A DNA stretch of 64,000 nt, taken from assembly GCA_040225955.1 (NCBI GenBank), contig JBECUL010000007.1:1-64000 (forward strand). Reading direction: 5' to 3'. This DNA comes from Candidatus Asgardarchaeum abyssi. GTDB taxonomy: Archaea > Asgardarchaeota > Asgardarchaeia > Asgardarchaeales > Asgardarchaeaceae. Below are positions 1 to 9,583 of the stretch, piece by piece. The notes beneath the pieces are model-generated. The model searched no databases and was not told the origin of the DNA. It was given only the letters and a program-made list of their open reading frames with translations. The translations under genes and the position numbers were made by a program. Each line of letters opens with the position of its first letter. Position 1 is the first letter of the stretch.

Positions 1-201
1 ATCGGCGGTGAAGAGGATGTTTGGTGAGACGGTGCGGGCACACAAGTGGGACCAGATGGTCAAGGAGGTGATATTCCGTTTCATATTTTATAACGTTGTT
101 ATATCGATATGAAAAGTTGTTGATGTGAGGCTCGTGGGAACCTGAGTTGAGTTCGAATGTGAAGTCATCTCAGACTCAAACTTTATTTGTTCAACAAAGC
201 A
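1..201 (+). mobile_element. Right end of an IS5-family (IS903-like) insertion sequence, cut by the window start
   Basis: Frame +2 encodes a transposase-like C-terminus. Bases 187-201 (TTGTTCAACAAAGCA) reverse-complement to TGCTTTGTTGAACAA, close to the IS903 terminal repeat GGCTTTGTTGAATAA. The segment is more GC-rich than its flank. Confidence 0.85.
2..112 (+). CDS. IS5-family DDE transposase, C-terminal fragment (5' part outside the window)
   Basis: My translation: SAVKRMFGETVRAHKWDQMVKEVIFRFIFYNVVISI*. This fits the IS5-type 'FSxxKRxFGE...E...YN' C-terminus. Not in the ORF track. Confidence 0.8.
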   Translation, partial: SAVKRMFGETVRAHKWDQMVKEVIFRFIFYNVVISI

Positions 202-209
202 TCACTTTA

Positions 210-269
210 GAAAAATTTAAATAGAAGTTCTAAATACAAAATCGTGGAATTCTAATTAATTTGGAGGTG
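210..269 (+). promoter_or_regulatory. BRE/TATA promoter and Shine-Dalgarno of the thermosome gene
   Basis: GAAAAA (210-215), TTTAAATA (216-223), GGAGGTG (263-269), ATG at 275. Confidence 0.7.
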
Positions 270-274
270 TAACT

Positions 275-1921
275 ATGGCCGTACATCCTGCGCAATTGGG
301 TGGAATACCAGTGCTTATCTTAAAAGAAGGTACTAAAAGAACAACTGGACGAGACGCTATGAAAAATAATATTATGGCCGCTAGGGCAATTGCAGAAGCC
401 ATAAGAACATCACTAGGTCCACATGGTATGGATAAAATGCTTGTTGATAGCTTTGGAGACGTAACTATAACAAATGACGGGCGAGCAATTCTAGATGAAA
501 TAGAGGTTCAGCATCCTGCAGCAAAGATGATGGTACAAGTTGCAAAGACTCAAGACGAGGAGGTTGGTGATGGTACAACAACAGCTGTGGTGTTAGCTGG
601 AGAACTACTAAAGAATGCTGAAGAGCTTCTTGACCAGGATATTCATCCAAGTGTTATAGTTGATGGTTACAGAGCCGCTACGGATCAAGCATTAAAACTA
701 TTAAATGATATAGCAATTGATGCTGACATAGAGGATGAAGAACTTCTTAAAAATGTAGCAGCTACTTCGATGATGTCCAAGGTTGTTTCTGGTGCGAAAG
801 ATAAGCTTGCAGAAATCGCAGTAAAGGCAATAAAAGCTGTTGTTACCGAAGTGGACGGAAAACGTGTTGTTGATCTAGACGATGTCAAGGTTGAGAAAAA
901 ACATGGTGGCAGCATAGAAGATACTCAATTGATATATGGTATTGTGCTTGACAAAGAAGTGGTCCATCCAGGAATGCCAAAACGTGTGGAAAATGCAAAA
1001 ATTGCACTCATCCAAGCGTCATTAGAGGTCGAAAAAACAGAGTTTGACGCAAAGTTGAACATAACTTCTCCAGAGCAGATAGAGAAGTTCATAAAAGCTG
1101 AAGAAAATATGTTAAAAGAAATGGTTGAAAAAATTGCTGCAACTGGTGCTAATGTTGTATTTTGTCAGAAAGGTATCGATGATATAGCACAACATTTCCT
1201 AGCCAAAAAGGGAATCCTAGCGGTAAGAAGAGTTAAAAAGAGCGACATGGAGAAATTGGCAAAGGCTACTGGTGCAAGGATAATTACAAACCTTGATGAT
1301 ATGAGTGAAAAAGATCTAGGTGAAGCAAAACTTGTAGAAGAAAGAAAAGTTGCTGACGATTACATGGTTTTCATTGAGGGTTGTAAGAATCCAAGATCGG
1401 TTACAATTCTTGTGCGAGGCGGTACAGAATTAATAGTAGATGAAGTTGAGCGATCGTTACACGATGCTCTTTCAGTGGTCAGAAATATCGTAGTTAATCC
1501 TAAAGTCGTAGCCGGTGGCGGTGCTCCTGAGATATACTTAGCACTGCAACTAAGAAAATTCGCAGAGAAAGTAGGTGGGAAAGAACAATTAGCTGTTGAG
1601 AAATACGCTGAAGCATTAGAAGTGATTCCCAGAACCTTAGCTGAAAATGCTGGATTGGATCCAATTGATATTATTGCTACATTAAGGGCTGAGCATGACA
1701 AGGGTCACTATTGGATGGGCGTGAATGGATTTGAAGGCAAAATTGATGACATGCGAAAACTTAATGTATATGAACCATTAGTAGTCAAACAACAAGCATT
1801 GAAATCCGCAAGTGAAGCGGCTATAATGATCTTGAGAATCGATGATGTAATAGCCGCTTCAGAGCTTGGCAAAGAAAAGGAAAAAGAAGGCGGTGAAGGT
1901 GGCTTCTCAGGAGAAGAGTAA
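275..1921 (+). CDS. ths: Thermosome subunit (group II chaperonin)
   Basis: Motifs [28 protein letters not shown] and ILRIDD; 548 aa. Confidence 0.98.
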   Translation: MAVHPAQLGGIPVLILKEGTKRTTGRDAMKNNIMAARAIAEAIRTSLGPHGMDKMLVDSFGDVTITNDGRAILDEIEVQHPAAKMMVQVAKTQDEEVGDGTTTAVVLAGELLKNAEELLDQDIHPSVIVDGYRAATDQALKLLNDIAIDADIEDEELLKNVAATSMMSKVVSGAKDKLAEIAVKAIKAVVTEVDGKRVVDLDDVKVEKKHGGSIEDTQLIYGIVLDKEVVHPGMPKRVENAKIALIQASLEVEKTEFDAKLNITSPEQIEKFIKAEENMLKEMVEKIAATGANVVFCQKGIDDIAQHFLAKKGILAVRRVKKSDMEKLAKATGARIITNLDDMSEKDLGEAKLVEERKVADDYMVFIEGCKNPRSVTILVRGGTELIVDEVERSLHDALSVVRNIVVNPKVVAGGGAPEIYLALQLRKFAEKVGGKEQLAVEKYAEALEVIPRTLAENAGLDPIDIIATLRAEHDKGHYWMGVNGFEGKIDDMRKLNVYEPLVVKQQALKSASEAAIMILRIDDVIAASELGKEKEKEGGEGGFSGEE

Positions 1922-2237
1922 AACTTCCTCCTCTTCTTTATTTAGTGAATCTATAACTAAGGAAGAAGTTGAAATAAAAATAGGTCCTCCATGGCTTACT
2001 AGATTTGAGATTTCTCGTATTATTGGTGCTAGAGCTTTACAACTATCAATGGGAGCCCCTGTTCTTATAGAATTACCTAAAGGTTATGATGATCCTATAG
2101 AGATTGCGGAATATGAATTTAAGAAAGGGATACTTCCAATATCCATAAGAAGAGCTCTTCCTAATGGAAGATATCAAGATATACCATTAAAAGTACTTCT
2201 TGAACTCAGTAAGAAACATAATATTTTTGTAGAGTAA
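1866..2237 (+). CDS. rpoK: RNA polymerase subunit Rpo6/K (RPB6 homolog); start uncertain
   Basis: [31 protein letters not shown] and [10 protein letters not shown] are RPB6 signatures. Confidence 0.93.
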   Translation: MAKKRKKKAVKVASQEKSKTSSSSLFSESITKEEVEIKIGPPWLTRFEISRIIGARALQLSMGAPVLIELPKGYDDPIEIAEYEFKKGILPISIRRALPNGRYQDIPLKVLLELSKKHNIFVE

Positions 2238-2296
2238 GTAAATTATTATTCTGCTTTTATTCTTATTTTTAAAGATTAATATGGATGTTGAACTAA

Positions 2297-2878
2297 GTGG
2301 TTTCTAAAAAAATTGTCATATTAATTACAGGAACACCAGGAACAGGTAAAACTATTATTGCGAAACTCTTATCAGAAAGATTAAATGCTGAATATTTATC
2401 CTTAAATGATCTTGCGTTTAAGTATAATTTCATAGAATCTTATGATAAAGATAGAGATACATGGGTAATTAAAGAGAAGGAGCTTTCTGCTTTTGTGAAA
2501 GAAAAAATTCTAAAATCAGAGAAAAATATCGTGATAGATTCTCACATGGGTGAGATATTGGATCCTAAAATTATTGATTACATTATTATTCTACGCACTC
2601 GTCCAAAAGTATTAAAAGAACGTCTATCTGAACGTAATTGGAAGGAGAGTAAAGTTGATGAAAACGTGCAAGCTGAAATTCTTGGCATTGTTACATATAA
2701 CATATTACAACATTTCCCTAAGGAGCGAATATTTGAAATTGATACCTCTGACAAATCTCCTAACGAAGTAGTAGAAATAATAGAAAAAATTATTAAACAT
2801 GAGAAGAGCTTTAAAAAGTACTTAGTTGGTAAAATCGATTGGTTAGATGAGGAAGCCATTTCCAAATTTTTTGATTAA
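2297..2878 (+). CDS. Adenylate kinase, AK6/Fap7/hCINAP family
   Basis: ITGTPGTGKT P-loop, VIDSH motif, RLSERNWKESKVDENVQAEI. Confidence 0.88.
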   Translation: MVSKKIVILITGTPGTGKTIIAKLLSERLNAEYLSLNDLAFKYNFIESYDKDRDTWVIKEKELSAFVKEKILKSEKNIVIDSHMGEILDPKIIDYIIILRTRPKVLKERLSERNWKESKVDENVQAEILGIVTYNILQHFPKERIFEIDTSDKSPNEVVEIIEKIIKHEKSFKKYLVGKIDWLDEEAISKFFD

Positions 2879-3013
2879 TTTAAATGGCAAAAATAGAAAA
2901 AAAATAAATAAGCTTAAAACAATAGTAGAAGTGAATTGATATATTGTTATTGAGCCTGCATTTAATAAAGGGGTATAGGGAATAAGACATTTATTCTATA
3001 TGGTGAAGAAGTA

Positions 3014-3904
3014 ATGCAAGCATATAATATCGTTGAAGATGGGACTCTTGCAGAGATTAAGCTTACAAAGGACGAACTAAAGCCAGATCGTGTTATAATA
3101 GTTGTTGATGATAATAACGAACGTATATACATATGGCAAGGGTCAACTGCAAATGTTAGAAAGAAATTTATCGCATCACGTCAAGCTCTGAATATCCGCG
3201 CCAGAAAAGGAATGAATTATCGTGTTCATCCAGTCACTCAAGGAGACGAATCTATTGAATTTCTTCAACTAATCGAAGGAAAAGCCATCGCTAAACCATC
3301 TATTCCTAAACCAAAAGTTGAAAAGAAAGTTGAAGAGAGACGAGCGACACTATCTTTACCTAAACCAGTTACACCATCTGTACCCTCGATAAAAGAACCA
3401 CCATCTTTACCTAAGCCTGTAACAAAGGTGCAGACGGTACCATCTCGGGCTATAGAGAGTGTTCCGAGAGCAGAGCCAAGTGTAGCTGTACAAAAACAGA
3501 TAGCACCGCCACCTCCAGCATATCCTGTAGCGGAACCAAAAAAGATCTCCGATGTGTCATCAGTTTTAAAATCACTAGATAATGTTGATGTACCAACTGG
3601 TTTTCGTAGAGAGATGGTTATTGTGGGGGATACTTTATTTACAATAACTGAAAAACGTAAGAAGTTTTTTGGTGAAACTTCTATTGAGCGGACTATAGAG
3701 CCAATTTCTTCGCCACCAGATGGGGAGTTTTATGTAGAAGATTATAAAATTAGAGTGATTATACGTAATCACAAGGTATACGCTATAGAATTTTTGCGTC
3801 CTGAATCACCAGAGGTAATATTAGAAGAAATCGAACCTGCTGCAAAGAAGCATTTAAGTGAGCTCATAGATGTTTTTGAAGAATTGAAAAAGAAAAAGAA
3901 ATAA
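3014..3904 (+). CDS. Gelsolin-domain protein (single gelsolin domain, Pro-rich linker, C-terminal domain)
   Basis: LKPDRVIIVVD...IYIWQGSTA...A..A..I...VTQGDESIEFLQL follows the gelsolin repeat pattern. Confidence 0.8.
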   Translation: MQAYNIVEDGTLAEIKLTKDELKPDRVIIVVDDNNERIYIWQGSTANVRKKFIASRQALNIRARKGMNYRVHPVTQGDESIEFLQLIEGKAIAKPSIPKPKVEKKVEERRATLSLPKPVTPSVPSIKEPPSLPKPVTKVQTVPSRAIESVPRAEPSVAVQKQIAPPPPAYPVAEPKKISDVSSVLKSLDNVDVPTGFRREMVIVGDTLFTITEKRKKFFGETSIERTIEPISSPPDGEFYVEDYKIRVIIRNHKVYAIEFLRPESPEVILEEIEPAAKKHLSELIDVFEELKKKKK

Positions 3905-3926
3905 TACTCTTTATTTTTTCTTCCTT

Positions 3927-4184
3927 TTACTGTTCTCTAATTTTTAATTGAGCATAGAGGTAGTTTTCTATCATCTTAAATATTATTTTAAGGAGAATTA
4001 CACCTATCACTCCTGCTAATAAAAGATTAACCACATTTGCTAAAACACGATTATTAATGATCATTATTGTAAAATCAATTATTTTATCTATTAGAAAAAG
4101 TGTAAGTAGCATAAAAATCCAAGTTAATGTAATTATTCCACTTAATTCTATAATATGTGATAAAAGTCCACTTCTAGCAGTCAT
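3927..4184 (-). CDS. Small two-TM membrane protein (~85 aa)
   Basis: ATG at 4184 overlaps the upstream stop (TAATG). Two hydrophobic segments. The ORF-track start at 4262 lies inside the upstream gene. Confidence 0.6.
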   Translation of the reverse strand: MTARSGLLSHIIELSGIITLTWIFMLLTLFLIDKIIDFTIMIINNRVLANVVNLLLAGVIGVILLKIIFKMIENYLYAQLKIREQ

Positions 4185-5185
4185 TACATGAACCCTCCAA
4201 CTATCAGCAGCTCGCTTATTATTGCTAGAATACATGACAGTATTGTTAAAATTATAAAACATTTAACTATTTCATTCTCTTTCAACGGACCCTTAGCTAG
4301 AACAAGTCTAGCCAATGTAATCGGCGCAGATTTACTACTGGAAGCCATAATGGTTCCATTGTCTAAAACTATTGTTGGTCTCTCTTTTATTTGTCTCCTT
4401 TCTTTTAATCCACCAATAGAAAATATAATTTCGTATGAGTTTAATATGAACGGTAGCATAGCGACTACTAAAATAAATTCCAACCTTGCCATTATTGCAA
4501 TGGACACCAGACCCGCACCAACTGACAGTGACCCTACATCTCCTGCAAAGGCTTTTGCTGGATACTTATTATAATATAAATATGCACTTATGCTTCCTAA
4601 AAGAATAAGCGAGAGAATAACACCTATATCGCTATTTCTAAGAATTGATATTATTAATAGTGTTATTATAACAATTAACGTAGTGCCTGGCATAGCACCA
4701 TTATAAACATCTAGCATGTTTACCGTATTTGTACCTAAGCTCATAGCTATTAGAATTATTAAGGGATATACTATGAAAAGACGAGCATTCCCTATAAATG
4801 GTAACCTTAGGTATGGTATATAGGCACCTAGTAAAATTATAGGCAATCCAGCTAATGTAACAATTATTGGTTTAATTTTAGGTCCAAGTACCTTGAAATC
4901 GTCTATTATTCCTATTATGCCAGCTATTAATACAGACATAGACAATGCAGAGAAATACTTCCATAAATCAGGATATAAGAGAATTGCGATTATTGACGCT
5001 ATAATTATACCAAGAACGATTGCCACTCCACCCGATTCTGGAATTTCTGGCTTATCTGGTTTATGTTCATCTCTCCCTACGTGTCCTATTTTCTTCATAT
5101 ATTTCATTATAAAAGGAAGAATCATAAAAGTTGTAATGAACGCGACTATAGGTATTAATAGAACTTCATATGTCATTTTTGGCAT
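4184..5185 (-). CDS. Polyprenol-phosphate GlcNAc-1-phosphate transferase (MraY/GPT/AglH family)
   Basis: IPESGG, GIIDD, NTVNMLDVYNG, YPAKAFAGDVGS; many TM helices. Confidence 0.9.
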   Translation of the reverse strand: MPKMTYEVLLIPIVAFITTFMILPFIMKYMKKIGHVGRDEHKPDKPEIPESGGVAIVLGIIIASIIAILLYPDLWKYFSALSMSVLIAGIIGIIDDFKVLGPKIKPIIVTLAGLPIILLGAYIPYLRLPFIGNARLFIVYPLIILIAMSLGTNTVNMLDVYNGAMPGTTLIVIITLLIISILRNSDIGVILSLILLGSISAYLYYNKYPAKAFAGDVGSLSVGAGLVSIAIMARLEFILVVAMLPFILNSYEIIFSIGGLKERRQIKERPTIVLDNGTIMASSSKSAPITLARLVLAKGPLKENEIVKCFIILTILSCILAIISELLIVGGFM

Positions 5186-5289
5186 CCCAATAACTTTCTA
5201 AGTATATAGTGAAAAATCATACATCTAATATAAAATTATCCCTATTATTATTTTATTTCAAAAAAATAGATAGAAATAACAACATGAAC

Positions 5290-6267
5290 TTAAGAGGTAA
5301 GTGGTGGTGGCGTCCTTCTTTTTATTTCCGGCTCTAACTTTGTCCAGTTAATAAAATCCTCTGTTGGAGGGTCCTCCTCCCAAAGTAGTTGTCTATTTAT
5401 TTCCAGCAATCGAGGTTCGACTCCTATCTTTTCTGCAACGGTTAAAATTTTATGGGGGTTACTGATTTTTGCTTTCAAGCTGTCTATAAATTTTGGACCA
5501 GCTTTACTTCTAAAGACATGATGATCTATTATCATCTCTGAAACGTTTCTTATTATAGACTCCAAATTACGTTCGACTTTCCTTAATGAAATCCTCCCAA
5601 ACCCTAAATCCTTTAGGTATAATGGCGGCCCGTCTAAATAGATAACATCTGGCATTTCTTTTAAAATTATATCCAACACGTTTGATGAGATTGGCCCGTA
5701 AACATCTGGAACAAACATGAATTTTTCAATAGAATACATAATCACAGGAAGAATTACATAGCCGAGGAATTTTTTACCTACACCATGCTCTACAGCTATT
5801 GTTGTCTTAAGGATAGTATTTCCTATCTCATATCTATAATTATCTGCCCATATAACCTCTTTGCTAAATCTTTTAAGAAGTTTATTTAAACTCCCACCAC
5901 GTTTTTTCTGAACAGGCGTAATATTCGCTTCAATACTCTTTAATAGTACAACCTTATCGCTATACAATTCGCTTGCCAATTCATAATCTGTCCATTGTGT
6001 TGAATAGTTTTTAAAAAACGGTAAATAATGATCAAAATGATAATGCGATATAAAAATGATCTCAGCTTTGTCAGCAATTTTCAGTATTTTTTCAGTTTCT
6101 TCTTTTAATATTCTATATTCTGTAGGATGTGGGGGTAGTTTAAACCTAGGTCCTACTGCAGCTCCGGGGTCTAGAAGTATTCCTACATCTGGCGTTTTTA
6201 CGAAAGTGGCCATTGAGCGCACACCAGTACTCTCTGCAACTATAGGATAGATTTTAATATACTCCAA
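5290..6267 (-). CDS. Metallo-beta-lactamase-fold hydrolase (UPF0282-like)
   Basis: AESTGVRSMAT, LLDPG, ISHYHFDH, EHG, IDHH. Confidence 0.85.
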   Translation of the reverse strand: MEYIKIYPIVAESTGVRSMATFVKTPDVGILLDPGAAVGPRFKLPPHPTEYRILKEETEKILKIADKAEIIFISHYHFDHYLPFFKNYSTQWTDYELASELYSDKVVLLKSIEANITPVQKKRGGSLNKLLKRFSKEVIWADNYRYEIGNTILKTTIAVEHGVGKKFLGYVILPVIMYSIEKFMFVPDVYGPISSNVLDIILKEMPDVIYLDGPPLYLKDLGFGRISLRKVERNLESIIRNVSEMIIDHHVFRSKAGPKFIDSLKAKISNPHKILTVAEKIGVEPRLLEINRQLLWEEDPPTEDFINWTKLEPEIKRRTPPPLTS

Positions 6268-6278
6268 AGGTACCCCCC

Positions 6279-7931
6279 TTAGTAAAGTCTAATGATTCTT
6301 CCTACGGCCCGCGTATTCGCCTCTCTAAGAACAATCGTATCATTTGTTAATAACGCCTCTGGGCTCCTAAGAAAACGTAATCTAACACGTGCGGTATCTC
6401 CAATAACTAGATATGGTTTATCATATATTTCAACTATCTCAACGGTTTGGTTAATCGTCCTGCAATGAAGGACTGGTTTATATCCCTTTTTAATTAATGT
6501 AGGATGTTTTGTAACAATTATTTGCGCATCGAACTCCATTACTGGTGTTATTGGAAAATCTAAGTCTGCAATTACTTGTCCTCTTCTAATAATACTTGAA
6601 TCTATTTTCTTTAATTCGGCACCAAAGACATCCCCTGCTATAACAGTACTTACTCGTTGATTAAAAATTTCCAAACTTTTAATCTTTGCATTATAGAAAT
6701 TCCCTATGTCATCTGGTCCTACTTTTACTGTTTGTCCTTCTTTTAAAACACCACTGACAATGGTTCCAGTTATTACTACATTGGTTCCAGGTATGTCTCG
6801 ATAGATTTTATCGATATATGCTAAAGCTGGTTTTTTGAGAATATTCTCACTTATATTAGGTTCTAAGTTTCCAAGAATTCTAACTAAAAAATCTATATTT
6901 GTTCCGTTTACTGTGCTGATTAAAAGTATAGGAACAATAATATTTCTCTTTATTTCTTTTAGAACTATTTCTATATCAGTTTCAGAACGTACAACAAGAG
7001 GTATTTTCCCAACTCTCTTTAATGTATGCTTTACAACACTAAGTACAAAAGATAATTTATCTTCAGAAACCTTATCTATCTTGTTTAAAACTATAAAAAA
7101 TGGGGTTTCTCTGCTTATCATCAGTAATATATGTTCCCTTGTAATGTTATCTAATTTCGCCTCACCAGTGCTTTGTAAAGCACTCATAATTAACTCATAT
7201 TCATCATCAACTGGGATCAACACAATACCATATTGATTAAAAGCACCTAGGACAGATCTAATCATAGTTTTTGCAAATTCCTCATGACCTGGAGCGTCAA
7301 CTAAAGTTGCAATCTTTCTAGCAATTCCTAATATTCTTTTTCTTTCGTCAACCGATAAAGGGTTTCTAGGGTAAAGAGGTTTGCCTTGTTCATCAAAAGC
7401 TAAAAACAGAACATGTAAATCGGCAGTTTGACCTTTTATTAATTCTTGAGGATGTTTTAATAAAAAGCTTCTTCTATCACCTTTTCCGTCATCTAATCGT
7501 CCACTAGCAAGAACTCCAATTAGTGTAGATTTCCCAGCATTAACTCTTCCTAGGAAGTTAACGTTTATCATATGGATTTCTGAATTTGTATCTTGTTCAA
7601 GTTTGTATATACCAACAAATCCTTTTTCGGTTTTTACTCTGATTCTCTCTTTTATTTTTATCTTTGCAGAGTCGCATAGCTTTTGAAGAATATTCTCAGA
7701 TACTACTAGTTCTTTTTCCTTAAGACCGTAAATCTCCCATTTTTTATTATTTATATCTTCTACTCCTAATACAAAAAGTCCTGTATGTTCATCTGTTATA
7801 TATCTAAGTTGAGCAATAATTTTCCTCTTTCTATTCTCAACTAAATCCTTCTCGGTCAGAATTCTCTTCATTTCAATATGTTCGTTTTCTCCTTCTTCCA
7901 AAATTTTATTCAAAAGATGTCTTTCATTCAC
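6279..7931 (-). CDS. GTPBP1-family translational GTPase
   Basis: G1 GRVNAGKST, G3 DAPGH, G4 NKID; EF-Tu-like domains II/III; N-terminal GExxxIExK domain typical of GTPBP1. Confidence 0.88.
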   Translation of the reverse strand: MNERHLLNKILEEGENEHIEMKRILTEKDLVENRKRKIIAQLRYITDEHTGLFVLGVEDINNKKWEIYGLKEKELVVSENILQKLCDSAKIKIKERIRVKTEKGFVGIYKLEQDTNSEIHMINVNFLGRVNAGKSTLIGVLASGRLDDGKGDRRSFLLKHPQELIKGQTADLHVLFLAFDEQGKPLYPRNPLSVDERKRILGIARKIATLVDAPGHEEFAKTMIRSVLGAFNQYGIVLIPVDDEYELIMSALQSTGEAKLDNITREHILLMISRETPFFIVLNKIDKVSEDKLSFVLSVVKHTLKRVGKIPLVVRSETDIEIVLKEIKRNIIVPILLISTVNGTNIDFLVRILGNLEPNISENILKKPALAYIDKIYRDIPGTNVVITGTIVSGVLKEGQTVKVGPDDIGNFYNAKIKSLEIFNQRVSTVIAGDVFGAELKKIDSSIIRRGQVIADLDFPITPVMEFDAQIIVTKHPTLIKKGYKPVLHCRTINQTVEIVEIYDKPYLVIGDTARVRLRFLRSPEALLTNDTIVLREANTRAVGRIIRLY

Positions 7932-8077
7932 ACTATTGCACCATATATTATATAATAGTTTAATAATATCTTTGAATAAATATTTTTAAAGGTATATTTA
8001 TAAATAAATCTTATATCCTTGAGAATCGTAGAGTTTATTAGCTTAAAATACCCACTATATTTTTAGGAGGAGTTGCG

Positions 8078-8902
8078 TTGATTCGTGAGATCTTTATAAG
8101 GAAGGTATCTGATGGTGAAATGATCTTTCACGCAGCATTTACTGAAACAAAGGATATAGCTGTAGAAGCGCTTGAGAAGGCTTTTTTTGAAGCATCTAGA
8201 GGGCTTAAGGAGGGCGAGATTGAACACACAGAGATTGTTAGATATGCTTTTTCATACATGCACACAAGTGGCTACTACTTTGCAATACTTTTTGATAGAG
8301 TTGTCTCTCAACCCGAGCGTATGGAAAGCATGATATTTCTATCAACTCGTTTTCTTGCAGATATCATAGACTATAATGATTTTAACCAAGAAAAAATGAA
8401 ATCCATAGCTATCAAGACTATTCAGCGATTGCCTGTAAAAATTGGATTAATAGGCTTTGGTGGTGTAGGAAAAACTACAACTCTTAAACTTATAAGGCAG
8501 GAGGAAGTTCCTCTAGAGTATGTCCCAACAATTTTTGGCGATAGAAAACCTCTTGCTGTTCCGATTGGTCCCTATAGGGTTATAGTTTTTGATTTTGCTG
8601 GCCAAAAGCGTTTTATGTCAGCATGGGATATACTAATTAGAGGTTCTGAAGTGATTTTTGTTATGACAGATAGTACTCCCGCTAATGTTGAAGCAACAAA
8701 ACAAGAAATTCTTCCTCTTGTCTATTCCAAGGCTCCGTATGCAAAAAAGTATGCTATTGCAAACAAACAAGATCTTCCAGGTGCTCTTCCTCCTAGTGAG
8801 GTTGGTCGAAGATTAGGATTAAAAGCGTTTGGTATGGTAGCAATAGATCCATCCTATAGAGAGAAAATGTTAAATATTATAAGAGAGGCGGTTTTAGAAT
8901 GA
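8078..8902 (+). CDS. Arf/Ras-like small GTPase with N-terminal longin-like domain
   Basis: G1 GFGGVGKT, G2 PTI, G3 DFAGQ, G4 NKQD. The ~115-aa N-domain begins MIREIFI...G..IF, which is longin-like (less certain). Confidence 0.85.
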   Translation: MIREIFIRKVSDGEMIFHAAFTETKDIAVEALEKAFFEASRGLKEGEIEHTEIVRYAFSYMHTSGYYFAILFDRVVSQPERMESMIFLSTRFLADIIDYNDFNQEKMKSIAIKTIQRLPVKIGLIGFGGVGKTTTLKLIRQEEVPLEYVPTIFGDRKPLAVPIGPYRVIVFDFAGQKRFMSAWDILIRGSEVIFVMTDSTPANVEATKQEILPLVYSKAPYAKKYAIANKQDLPGALPPSEVGRRLGLKAFGMVAIDPSYREKMLNIIREAVLE

Positions 8903-9540
8903 GTGAGATGTTAAAAAAAGAGATAAATTCTCTAAAAGAAGTTTTTAATAAACTTATAGAGATTCTCAATAATTTAGTTTCTGAGATGGAAGAGATCAAG
9001 GAAAAAACGACTCCAGCAACTCCTGTGGAAGAACGATTGGCTAGAATCGAAGAAAAATTAGAACTCTTATCTCAAAAGATATCGTTAGCTCAAACAATGC
9101 CTGTTACTGAGAAAACTGAGAAAGTAGCTCCACCTGTCGCAAAACCCGTAGAAAAAGCAGTTTCTGAGCCTGTTGTAGAGGAACCAATTTTTGCAGGACC
9201 GGAAGAAGAGTCTCCAAAGATCGAAGAAATTGAGCCTACTTCAGAAATACCTGCTGAGATACCATCTCCTGAAGAGCCTGAACGTCTTAGTGAGGTTCCA
9301 ATGCCAGAGGAATTGCCACCAGAGGAGCCTATATCCATGGATGCGGCGACAATACAACAAAAGATATCTGAATACGAGGAACAATTGGTATCCTTAGAGC
9401 GCCAAATAAGTGACCTAGAGTTTAACTATGAAGGTGGATTTCTTGATCAGCGCGAATACCAGACACAAATGACAGAACTTCAAAAAAAGAAAGAGGATTT
9501 GAGAAGGAAAATTGCTGAGCTTAGAAAACGGTTATCCTAA
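8899..9540 (+). CDS. Hypothetical: coiled coil, Pro/Glu-rich linker, coiled coil with a SHOCT-like turn
   Basis: ATGA overlap with the GTPase stop; heptad pattern at both ends; LEFNYEGGFLDQREY. Confidence 0.75.
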   Translation: MSEMLKKEINSLKEVFNKLIEILNNLVSEMEEIKEKTTPATPVEERLARIEEKLELLSQKISLAQTMPVTEKTEKVAPPVAKPVEKAVSEPVVEEPIFAGPEEESPKIEEIEPTSEIPAEIPSPEEPERLSEVPMPEELPPEEPISMDAATIQQKISEYEEQLVSLERQISDLEFNYEGGFLDQREYQTQMTELQKKKEDLRRKIAELRKRLS

Positions 9541-9583
9541 ATGGAGTGTAACAAATATTAAAAAATAAAAAATAATGTAATTA

